Assembly: GCA_902786275.1 (NCBI GenBank) | Contig: CADACC010000003.1 | Location: forward strand, 1-63,200 | Direction: 5' to 3' | Length of the DNA: 63,200 nucleotides | Source: an uncultured Erysipelotrichaceae bacterium | GTDB lineage: Bacteria; Bacillota_I; Bacilli_A; RF39; UBA660 | Shown: positions 47,071 to 55,632 of the stretch, piece by piece | Layout of the letters: each line of letters begins with the position of its first letter | Position numbering within the stretch: position 1 is the first letter of the stretch | Made by a program: the position numbers and the translations under genes | Notes under the pieces: generated by a model | What the model was told of the DNA's origin: nothing | What the model saw: the letters and a program-made list of their open reading frames with translations, nothing else | Databases searched by the model: none

Positions 47071-47631
47071 ATGTCTTTAAAAGATACAATTGAGAGTTAT
47101 GTTCCTCTTGATGAACAAGAAGAAAAAGATAAAGAACAAATGCTTATGTTTATTGATAATTTTGATGATGTTTTAACAAGAAATAATGTTGTTGGTCATT
47201 TTTCAGCATCTGCATTTGTTGTTAATAAAGAGAGAACGAAGATGGCCTCTGTTTATCATATAATATCTGATGGGTGGACATATCCTGGTGGTCACGCTGA
47301 TGGAGAAGAAGATTTGCTTAAAGTAGCTTTAAGAGAATGTGAAGAAGAAACAGGATTAAAAGCAAAAGTATTAAGTGATAAACCAATTTTAATATCTTCA
47401 AATTATGTTAAGTCACATATTAAACGTGGGAAGCTTGTTTCATCACATTTACATTTTGATTTTTTATATTTAATGGAAGCAGATGAAAATATAGAATTAA
47501 CATATAGAGAAGATGAATCTAAAGGTGTAAAGTGGATTTCATTTGATGATATTGAAAATGAAAATATGGTTGATTTTGTTAAACCAATTGTTCTTAAGTT
47601 AAGCAAAAAAGTAAAAAGCATGAAATTATAA
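47071..47631 (+). CDS. NUDIX hydrolase
   Basis: GGHADGEEDLLKVALRECEEETGL Nudix box. Confidence 0.85.
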   Translation: MSLKDTIESYVPLDEQEEKDKEQMLMFIDNFDDVLTRNNVVGHFSASAFVVNKERTKMASVYHIISDGWTYPGGHADGEEDLLKVALRECEEETGLKAKVLSDKPILISSNYVKSHIKRGKLVSSHLHFDFLYLMEADENIELTYREDESKGVKWISFDDIENENMVDFVKPIVLKLSKKVKSMKL

Positions 47632-47657
47632 TAAAAACTTTTTTAAGGATGATGTAA

Positions 47658-48185
47658 ATGAAAATATATTTAGTTAGACATGGTCAGTGTGATTCTAATG
47701 TTATAGGTAGATATAACTTTATAAATGAAGATATTAACGAAACAGGAATTAAGCAAGCAGAAGATTTAAGAGAAAAGATAAATGTTATAAATTATGATGT
47801 GGTAATATCTTCACCATTAGTTAGGTCGCTTCATACTGCAAAGATTATTAATACTCATAATAAAGATATAATTACAGATGAAAGATTAGTGGAAAGAAAG
47901 CACGGTTCTTTAGAAGGTAAATCAATTGATGTTACTGATAGAGAAGAATATTGGAATTATTTTACTGATGTTAAATATGGTACTGAAGAAAGAATTCCTG
48001 ATTTATGTAATAGAGTAAAAGAATTTTTAGATGAACTTAAAACAAAAGATTATAATAGTGTATTAATAGTAGCGCATAGTGGTGTTTCAAAAGCTTTTTA
48101 TGTTTATTTTAACGGTATTCCTAAAGATGGTAAAATGCTAAACTTAGGTCTTAAAAATACTGAAGTAAAAGAATATGAACTTTAA
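47658..48185 (+). CDS. Histidine phosphatase (phosphoglycerate mutase-like) family protein
   Basis: IYLVRHGQCDSN (RHG motif), SPLVRSLHTA, VAHSG. Confidence 0.85.
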   Translation: MKIYLVRHGQCDSNVIGRYNFINEDINETGIKQAEDLREKINVINYDVVISSPLVRSLHTAKIINTHNKDIITDERLVERKHGSLEGKSIDVTDREEYWNYFTDVKYGTEERIPDLCNRVKEFLDELKTKDYNSVLIVAHSGVSKAFYVYFNGIPKDGKMLNLGLKNTEVKEYEL

Positions 48186-48198
48186 AGGAGAATGATAT

Positions 48199-48894
48199 AT
48201 GAAAAAAGTTTTAATAATAGGTGGAGGCTCTGGTATAGGGTTAGAAATAGCCAAAACTTTAGATTCAAATAATTGTGATGTAACATGTGTGGGAAGAAAA
48301 GATAGAAATAATTTTGATTATAACTATGTTAAATGTGACGTTTCCAAAAGTGAAGAAGTTATAAAATTATTTAGTGATAATGTTTATGATGTTTTAGTAT
48401 ATTGTGCTGGAATTATATCAAGTGAAGAAGAATCCCATAACTATTCTGAAGATGAAGTAAATAGTATTATTGATATTAATTTAAAGGGCTGTATTAGATG
48501 TAATCAGTTATTTATTGATAAATGTTTAGAAAATAGTATTTCTGGAAAAATAATAAATATTTCTTCAATATCAAATAGAGGTTCTAAATATTTTCCAATA
48601 TATGCATCTTCTAAAGCGGGCATTCTTACATATACAAAAAGTATAGCCAGTAGATATGAAAATATAAAAGCTAATGTTATTTCACCTGGCGTAATAAAAA
48701 CAGATATGTCATATCATGAAACACCAAATTTTGATGATTATATTCCGTCTATAATTGAAAATACTCCAGCTAAAAGGTTAGGTAATACAACTGATATTGC
48801 TAATATGGTAGAGTATTTATTATCTGATAAAGCTGATTTTATAACAGGACAAGAATTTGTTATAGATGGTGGATATACATTGCCAAAAGAATAG
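48199..48894 (+). CDS. Short-chain dehydrogenase/reductase
   Basis: IIGGGSGIGLE, NISS and YASSKAG (YxxxK) motifs. Confidence 0.85.
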   Translation: MKKVLIIGGGSGIGLEIAKTLDSNNCDVTCVGRKDRNNFDYNYVKCDVSKSEEVIKLFSDNVYDVLVYCAGIISSEEESHNYSEDEVNSIIDINLKGCIRCNQLFIDKCLENSISGKIINISSISNRGSKYFPIYASSKAGILTYTKSIASRYENIKANVISPGVIKTDMSYHETPNFDDYIPSIIENTPAKRLGNTTDIANMVEYLLSDKADFITGQEFVIDGGYTLPKE

Positions 48895-48948
48895 TATAAA
48901 AAATATGTAATTTGATGAGTGATAATTTTATAAAAAGAGGTGGATATT

Positions 48949-49452
48949 ATGTATAATAAAATATATATTATTGGACCTGTTGGTAGTGGTAAAACAACAT
49001 TATCTAAAATATTATCCAAAAAATATAATATAGAAAGATATGAATTAGATAAAGTAGTATGGAATGATGATAATGGTAATGTTAAAAGAACAGAAGAAGA
49101 AATAAAAATATTATTCAATAAAATTATTAGTACTAAATCTTGGATAATAGAAGATGTTGGAAGAAATAAGTTTATAGATGGAATTAAAAAAGCAGATATA
49201 ACTTATTATATAGATTTACCAAGAATAACAATTTATAAAAGATGTATTAGTAGATGGGTAAAACAAAAATTTGGTAGAGAAAAATACAATTATAAACCAA
49301 CATTAAAAAGTTTATTTGAAATGTTAAAATGGGCAAAGCAAGATATAAAAAATAAAAAAGTGAAAATTGAACGAATTAGAAACAATTCAAAAAAATATAA
49401 GATTTTGAAAAGTAAAGATTTAAAGATGTTAGAGGTTGATCAAAATGAATGA
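48949..49452 (+). CDS. P-loop NTPase, adenylate-kinase/topology-modulation-protein-like
   Basis: IYIIGPVGSGKTTLSK Walker A; small size; the ATG at 48949 follows GAGGTGG. Confidence 0.6.
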   Translation: MYNKIYIIGPVGSGKTTLSKILSKKYNIERYELDKVVWNDDNGNVKRTEEEIKILFNKIISTKSWIIEDVGRNKFIDGIKKADITYYIDLPRITIYKRCISRWVKQKFGREKYNYKPTLKSLFEMLKWAKQDIKNKKVKIERIRNNSKKYKILKSKDLKMLEVDQNE

Positions 49453-49894
49453 TGAACAATTTATTGATATAGCAATTGAGATTAGTAAAAAATCTAAATA
49501 TCCATACGGAGCAATTGTTGTTAAAGACGGAGAAATAATTGGTAGAAGTGACGATAATACTTTAATGGAAACAAGTATGTATTCTCATGCTGAATTAGAA
49601 GCTATAGAAAGTGCTTCTAAAAACAAAAATTTGTATGGTGATTTAAAAGGAGCAACTATGTATGTATCTTGTGAACCATGTATGATGTGTATGGGAGCTA
49701 TCCTTTATGAAGAATTTTCAAAAATAGTTTATGCTGCAACACTTCAAGATAGTAATGATAACTATTGCCATGAAATGATTACTGATATAGATGTATTATC
49801 AAAGTATGCTAATAATAAAATAGAAATTATTAAAGAACTTCACCGTGACAAAGCAGTAGAAGTAATAAAAAATGCGGCCGAAAATTGTGAATAA
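49445..49894 (+). CDS. CMP/dCMP-type zinc deaminase (guanine/nucleoside deaminase or TadA-like)
   Basis: HAELEAI and CEPCMMC zinc ligand motifs; 8-nt overlap with the upstream P-loop gene. Confidence 0.8.
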   Translation: MNDEQFIDIAIEISKKSKYPYGAIVVKDGEIIGRSDDNTLMETSMYSHAELEAIESASKNKNLYGDLKGATMYVSCEPCMMCMGAILYEEFSKIVYAATLQDSNDNYCHEMITDIDVLSKYANNKIEIIKELHRDKAVEVIKNAAENCE

Positions 49895-49932
49895 TGAAAA
49901 TAAAACTAATATAAGTAGGTTGGTGATAATAT

Positions 49933-50556
49933 ATGTTGTTTAATGATGAGATTAATGAGTTAGAAAGTTTAAAGTTTGACGAAGATTATATTATTAGAAA
50001 AGGTACTCTTCCAATTCTTTTTACTGCACCTCATACAATGGAACAAATTAAAGAGGATGGCAGTATCAAACCAAGTGAGTTATTTACAAAGGGTATTGCA
50101 TTGTACTTAAATAAGCATTTTGATGTAAGCTGTATGATAAAAATAAAAGATACAGGATTAGATGCTAATAGAGATAATAGAGATGAATTTAAAAAAGAAC
50201 TTATTAGATTTGTTAAAAATAATAATATAAGATTAGTGATTGATTTACATGGTTCTAAACGAGATAGAGATTATGATGTTGAATTTGGAACATTAAATAA
50301 TCTATCAGCAGATTTTTCTACAATTATGGAATTAGAGGAAAGTTTTATTGAAAATGGGATTAATAATATAGTACATAATGATCCTTTTAAAGGTGGAGCA
50401 ATTACACAATGTGTTTATGGCCAAAATGATGTCGATGTTATACAATTGGAAATAAATAATAGATTAAGAGATAATAAAAATATTGATAAATTAGAAAAAC
50501 TTTGTAAAAGTTTAGGGGATTTTATAAAACAGTATAAGGAATATATAAATAGATAA
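49933..50556 (+). CDS. Possible N-formylglutamate amidohydrolase-family protein
   Basis: ILFTAPHT...DANRD...VIDLHGS pattern only. Confidence 0.3.
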   Translation: MLFNDEINELESLKFDEDYIIRKGTLPILFTAPHTMEQIKEDGSIKPSELFTKGIALYLNKHFDVSCMIKIKDTGLDANRDNRDEFKKELIRFVKNNNIRLVIDLHGSKRDRDYDVEFGTLNNLSADFSTIMELEESFIENGINNIVHNDPFKGGAITQCVYGQNDVDVIQLEINNRLRDNKNIDKLEKLCKSLGDFIKQYKEYINR

Positions 50557-50571
50557 AAAAGAGGTGAAATT

Positions 50572-51453
50572 ATGATTGATTTATTATATGAATATACAGA
50601 TGATAATTTAATGCTGCAAGGTACTTATTTTGATTCTAATAAGAAAGATATTTGTATATTGTTTGTTCATGGTCAAGCTCAAAGTATTTTAGAAAACGAA
50701 TTTGCTTATAAATGGGGTAAATATTTTTCTTCAAATGGGATTAGTTTCTTATATGGACATAATAGAGGGTATGATTTTATTAATTGTATGTTTGATAGAA
50801 ACGGAAATTTTGTGTATAATGGAGCAACATTCGAATTATTTGAAGATTCATTAAAAGATATACAAGTATGGGTAAATAAAATACGAAAATTAGGATATAA
50901 GAAAATAATTTTACTTGGTCATAGCTTTGGATGTAATAAAGCACTTTATTATTTATCTAAATATCAAAATGATATTGATGGTGTCATTTTTGCTTCAGCT
51001 CCAGATATGGTTGGAATAACTAAGTTGGAAGAAGCTAATTTTGATGAATTATATAACGAATCGATTGATTGTAGTGAGAATAAAATTTTGAGTAAGCTCG
51101 TATGTGGTACTGATTATATTAGTGCTAAGACTTTTATTAATCAAACTACTGAAAATACTCCGATAGATAATTTTCCTTTGGAAAGAAATCCAGAAACATT
51201 TGAACAATTATCAAAAATATCTATTCCAATTTTATCTTTTTGCGGATCTGATGAGTATCCAACATATTTAAAACAGGAGTTATTAAAAGAAAAAGCAACA
51301 AGTTGTAATGATTATTCATTTAAAATAGTTGAAAATACAAATCATTTTTATGTAAATAAAGAAGATGAAGTATCTGAAATGATTAAACAATGGGTAAGCG
51401 AAAGATTTTTGTTAAATAAAGTCGATTCTCATGAAATGAGAATAAGAAACTAA
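50572..51453 (+). CDS. Alpha/beta hydrolase
   Basis: LFVHG, nucleophile elbow LLGHSFGCN, C-terminal NHFY. Confidence 0.7.
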   Translation: MIDLLYEYTDDNLMLQGTYFDSNKKDICILFVHGQAQSILENEFAYKWGKYFSSNGISFLYGHNRGYDFINCMFDRNGNFVYNGATFELFEDSLKDIQVWVNKIRKLGYKKIILLGHSFGCNKALYYLSKYQNDIDGVIFASAPDMVGITKLEEANFDELYNESIDCSENKILSKLVCGTDYISAKTFINQTTENTPIDNFPLERNPETFEQLSKISIPILSFCGSDEYPTYLKQELLKEKATSCNDYSFKIVENTNHFYVNKEDEVSEMIKQWVSERFLLNKVDSHEMRIRN

Positions 51454-51504
51454 TATCAACTGCTTGGCATTGACGGTTAAACTTTTAATAAGGAGAATAT
51501 ATCT

Positions 51505-52047
51505 ATGAAAGAAAAATTAGAATTTAAAAGTGTACTTGAAAATAAAGAATTAGTTTCTGAAGTAACATATAATTGTATTTGTAATACATTTGCTGAAACT
51601 GAAAGTAAACTATTTAAAGTTGCTGAGATTAATCCTGAATATATGGATGGCGTTAAACTGTTTGAACATTATGATATTAACAACAAGCTAGGAGTTAATT
51701 GTTTGATTTGCGAATGTAAGCGTGGAGAAACTATAAATTATGCCGCCTTATTAGTCCCAACCGGATACAGGTATAATATGTCATCAACTGTTAGAAAACA
51801 CACAAATTCTAGAATGGTTTCTGTGGCACCGCTTGATTATGTTTTAGAAAAAACAAAAATGGAATATGGAAGTATTAATCCTATAGGATTACCTGTTGAT
51901 TGGAAAATATATATTGACCCTAAAATATTAGGGTCAGAAACAATAATTTGCGGAAGTGGATTACAAAAATCAAAGATATCATTCCCAAGTAAATTGTTAT
52001 TAAAACTTAAGAATATTGAAATATTAGAAGATTTAGCTAAGGAATAG
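51505..52047 (+). CDS. YbaK/prolyl-tRNA-synthetase-associated editing domain-like protein
   Basis: EYGSINPIGLP resembles the G-x-[VI]-[SN]-P-x-G motif of YbaK-type deacylases. Confidence 0.45.
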   Translation: MKEKLEFKSVLENKELVSEVTYNCICNTFAETESKLFKVAEINPEYMDGVKLFEHYDINNKLGVNCLICECKRGETINYAALLVPTGYRYNMSSTVRKHTNSRMVSVAPLDYVLEKTKMEYGSINPIGLPVDWKIYIDPKILGSETIICGSGLQKSKISFPSKLLLKLKNIEILEDLAKE

Positions 52048-52074
52048 TATAATAAAATAAAGGAGTTGATCCAA

Positions 52075-52916
52075 ATGAATGAAAATAAAACTAATATAAA
52101 TTGGTATCCAGGACATATGCAAAAAACTAAAAGATTAATTCAAGAAATGTCTGATCAAATAGATGTAATAATTGAATTAATTGACGCTAGATGTCCATTG
52201 ATAATGTAATTAAAAATAAACCTAGACTTTTAGTACTTACAAAAAAAGATTTATGTGATATTCATGAAACTAATGTATGGGTAAAACATTATAATAATGA
52301 AGGATATAATACAGTTTTAATATCGGGTACTAGTAATAGTGATTATAAAGTATTATTTGATAAACTTAAAGAAATGACTTCTAAGATTCAAGAAAAAAGA
52401 ATTAATAAAGGTTTAAAAGAAAAAGAAATTAGATGTTTAGTTATAGGTATACCTAATGTAGGTAAATCTACACTTATTAATAAGATGGTTGGTAAGAAGG
52501 TTGCATCTACTGGTAATAAACCTGGAATAACAACATCTTTAAACTGGCTTAAAACGAAATATGGAGTACTTCTTTTAGATTCTCCTGGTATTTTATGGCC
52601 TAAGTTTGATGAAGAGATAGTAGCTTTAAATTTAGCAGCTATTTCATCAATTAAATCTGAAGTAATAGATATAGATTCTGTTGCAGTTCATATTTTAAAA
52701 TTTTTAGATAAATACTATCCAGATATTTTACAGTCTAGATATAAAATATCTGACACAGAAGACATCATGGAAGTGTATAATAAAATAGGTAAGCAAATTG
52801 GTGCTTATAAAAATGGTGAGGCTGACTATGAAAGAGTTAGCTTAAGAATCATTAATGATGTAAAAGATGAACATATAAAAGGAATTACTTTAGACAGATG
52901 GAAAGAGATTTATTAA
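52075..52916 (+). pseudogene. rbgA: Ribosome biogenesis GTPase A (RbgA/YlqF) interrupted by an out-of-frame internal deletion
   Basis: The 44-codon ORF 52075..52209 encodes INWYPGHMQKTKRLIQEMSDQIDVIIELIDARCP then stops. ORF 52191..52916 (other frame) continues IDNVIKNKPRLLVLTKKDL...IGIPNVGKSTLIN...DSPGILWPKF. The conserved xSSRNPx segment between DAR.P and I(D/E).. is missing. Confidence 0.75.
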
Positions 52917-53530
52917 AATACGAAAAAGAATTATATAAACAAAATATTACTCTTATTGCAGGAGTAGATGAAGTAGGAAGAGGACCACTAGTTGGTCCTG
53001 TTGTTGCTGCTGCAGTAATCCTTCCAAAAAATTATAAATTAGAAGGATTAGATGATTCTAAAAAATTAACTGAGAAAAAAAGAGAAAAATTATATCCAAT
53101 TATAATGAAGGATGCTATCGCAGTTGGAATAGGTGAAGTATCTGCTAAAGAGATAGATGAAATAAATATTTATGAAGCATCTAGAAAAGCTATGATGAAG
53201 GCTATAGACAACTTAAAAGTAAAACCTGAATATATATTAGTTGATGCTATGCCACTATTTACAGAGATACCATTTAATGCTATAATTCATGGTGATGCAC
53301 TTAGTTTATCTATTGCTGCTGCAAGTGTTATTGCTAAAGTAACAAGAGATAAAATGATGATTGATCTAGATGAGAAATATCCTATGTATGGTTTTAAAAA
53401 ACATAAAGGATATCCAACAAAACTTCATTTAGAAAACTTAAAAAAATATGGTCCACTAGAAAACTATAGGTTTACTTATGGGCCTGTTCGTGATTTAATA
53501 TTAGAGGGAAGTTGTGATAAAAATGATTAA
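52898..53530 (+). CDS. rnhB: Ribonuclease HII
   Basis: IAGVDEVGRGPLVGPVVAAAV, DDSKKL, ASVIAKVTRD. Confidence 0.9.
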   Translation: MERDLLKYEKELYKQNITLIAGVDEVGRGPLVGPVVAAAVILPKNYKLEGLDDSKKLTEKKREKLYPIIMKDAIAVGIGEVSAKEIDEINIYEASRKAMMKAIDNLKVKPEYILVDAMPLFTEIPFNAIIHGDALSLSIAAASVIAKVTRDKMMIDLDEKYPMYGFKKHKGYPTKLHLENLKKYGPLENYRFTYGPVRDLILEGSCDKND

Positions 53531-55601
53531 AAGATTAAAGCAATTTAAGAAGACTACACTTTTTAGATATACACTAATTTTATTCGTTGGAATAATGTCA
53601 GGAGAATTAATTTTTAGAGCATGTGCACATATGCCTATTTTTTCTTATCCAACAATAAGAATAGTTTTATCAAGTTTATTTATAAGTTCATTTTTTGCTT
53701 ATCTTTTATCATTTACAAATAAAATATTTGCAAGAATAATGATTGGTTTAATCATTTTCTTAACAAACTTTTATGGATATATTCAACTTGGATTTAATAA
53801 TTTCTTAGGTGTTTATATGTCTTTTGGTACATCAAGTCAACTTGGTGCTGTAGTAGATTATATTAAAGACTTTTTACACTCTATTAAATTAATATACTAT
53901 ACAAACTTTATTCCATTTTTCTTAGTTGTTCTTTATTTAATATTTGTTGAAAAGAAACTATATAATCCTGATAGATTTAATATTACTAAAGAACATAAAA
54001 AATATAAATTTTATTTAAAGACTTTAAATTTAGTTGGTACTTCACTTGTTTTAGTATCATTATATTACCTAACAATTACTCTTGATTTTATGCAAAATAA
54101 ATTACAACTTACATCAAATAAAGATTTAATTGTAAACCCTAGTGTACCATCAACTGCTATTAATGAATTTGGTACAACTATGTTTGCTTTTGGTGATATA
54201 AGAGTTACTTTATTTCCAATGGATGAACAATTAACTTTCGAAAGAACTAATAAAAAACAAAATAAAGAAGTAGCTAAAGAATACGCTAGAGTTATTGATG
54301 ATGCTTCTTGGGAAAATGTAATTGCTAATGAAAAAAATAGTACTTATAATACTTTAAATAATTATTTTATTAGTCAAGATATAACAAGTAAAAATGATTT
54401 TACTGGTTTATTTAAAGGAAAAAATGTTATTGTTATAATGCTTGAATCAATCGATGATATGATTATTGATCCTGAACTTTTCCCTAACTTCTATAAAATG
54501 TATACAGAAGGATGGCACTGGGAAAATAATTACTCACCAAGAAACTCTTGTGCAACAGGTAACAATGAAATGAGTGGAATGCTTTCACTTTATACAATAA
54601 ATAATAACTGTACTGCAAATACTTATAAACGTAATACATATTATGAATCAATCTTTAATCTATTTAATAATGCTGGTTATAGAACAACATCTATGCATGA
54701 TTATACTGAAGCATATTATTATAGATCTACAATCCATAAAAATATGGGTTCTGGAAAATATTATGGTGTTAGAGATTTAGGTATTAGTTATTCAACTGAA
54801 TATGTTAACTGGGCATCTGATGATGACTTTATGAATAAAGCAGTTGATATATTAACTAATACAGATGATGAAAGACCATTTATGACATGGCTTACAACAG
54901 TATCAGCTCATCAACCATATTCATCATCTTCAATATTGGGAGATAAATATTTAAAAGATTTATCTAGTTATAAATATCCAACAGAACTTAAAAGATGGCT
55001 TTCTAAAGCTAAAGTTACTGATGATGGACTTGGAACATTAATGAGAAAACTTGAAGAAAAAGGTATTTTAGAAAATACAGTAATTGTTATGTATGGAGAT
55101 CATTATCCATATGGAATGAAAAAATCTACAATTAAAAATATTTTAACTTATGATCTAGATGATTATGAAGTTGAAAGAGTTCCATTTGTAATTTATACTC
55201 CAGGTATGGAAGCTAAATCATATACAGAATATACATCATATATCAATATTGTTCCAACTCTTGCAAATTTATTTGATTTAAGTTATGATCCTAGACTTTA
55301 TATGGGACATGATTTACTTTCTGATGATTATGAATCATTAGTTGTATTTGCTGATGGCTCTTGGAAAAATGAAAGAGCATATTATAATGCATCTAATGGT
55401 AGAGTTAAAAACTATACTGATAATCCATATTCTAATGAAGAAATAAAAGCTATTAATGAAAAAGTATCTTATAAAATGAAAATGAGTAGTTTAGCAATTA
55501 AAAATAATTACTTTAATTATCTAGAGAATGCTTTAGAAAAATATAAAGTAGAAAGTAATGTAGTTGCTCAAGCTAACGGAGATAACACTCAAGAAGGATA
55601 A
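53523..55601 (+). CDS. LtaS-like sulfatase-family membrane protein (lipoteichoic acid synthase / phosphoglycerol transferase family)
   Basis: 5 N-terminal TM helices + extracellular alkaline-phosphatase-superfamily domain (VIVIMLESIDD, SAHQPY, MYGDHYPYG). Confidence 0.8.
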   Translation: MIKRLKQFKKTTLFRYTLILFVGIMSGELIFRACAHMPIFSYPTIRIVLSSLFISSFFAYLLSFTNKIFARIMIGLIIFLTNFYGYIQLGFNNFLGVYMSFGTSSQLGAVVDYIKDFLHSIKLIYYTNFIPFFLVVLYLIFVEKKLYNPDRFNITKEHKKYKFYLKTLNLVGTSLVLVSLYYLTITLDFMQNKLQLTSNKDLIVNPSVPSTAINEFGTTMFAFGDIRVTLFPMDEQLTFERTNKKQNKEVAKEYARVIDDASWENVIANEKNSTYNTLNNYFISQDITSKNDFTGLFKGKNVIVIMLESIDDMIIDPELFPNFYKMYTEGWHWENNYSPRNSCATGNNEMSGMLSLYTINNNCTANTYKRNTYYESIFNLFNNAGYRTTSMHDYTEAYYYRSTIHKNMGSGKYYGVRDLGISYSTEYVNWASDDDFMNKAVDILTNTDDERPFMTWLTTVSAHQPYSSSSILGDKYLKDLSSYKYPTELKRWLSKAKVTDDGLGTLMRKLEEKGILENTVIVMYGDHYPYGMKKSTIKNILTYDLDDYEVERVPFVIYTPGMEAKSYTEYTSYINIVPTLANLFDLSYDPRLYMGHDLLSDDYESLVVFADGSWKNERAYYNASNGRVKNYTDNPYSNEEIKAINEKVSYKMKMSSLAIKNNYFNYLENALEKYKVESNVVAQANGDNTQEG

Positions 55602-55632
55602 AAAAATATAACTTACTAGAAAGGAATACTTT

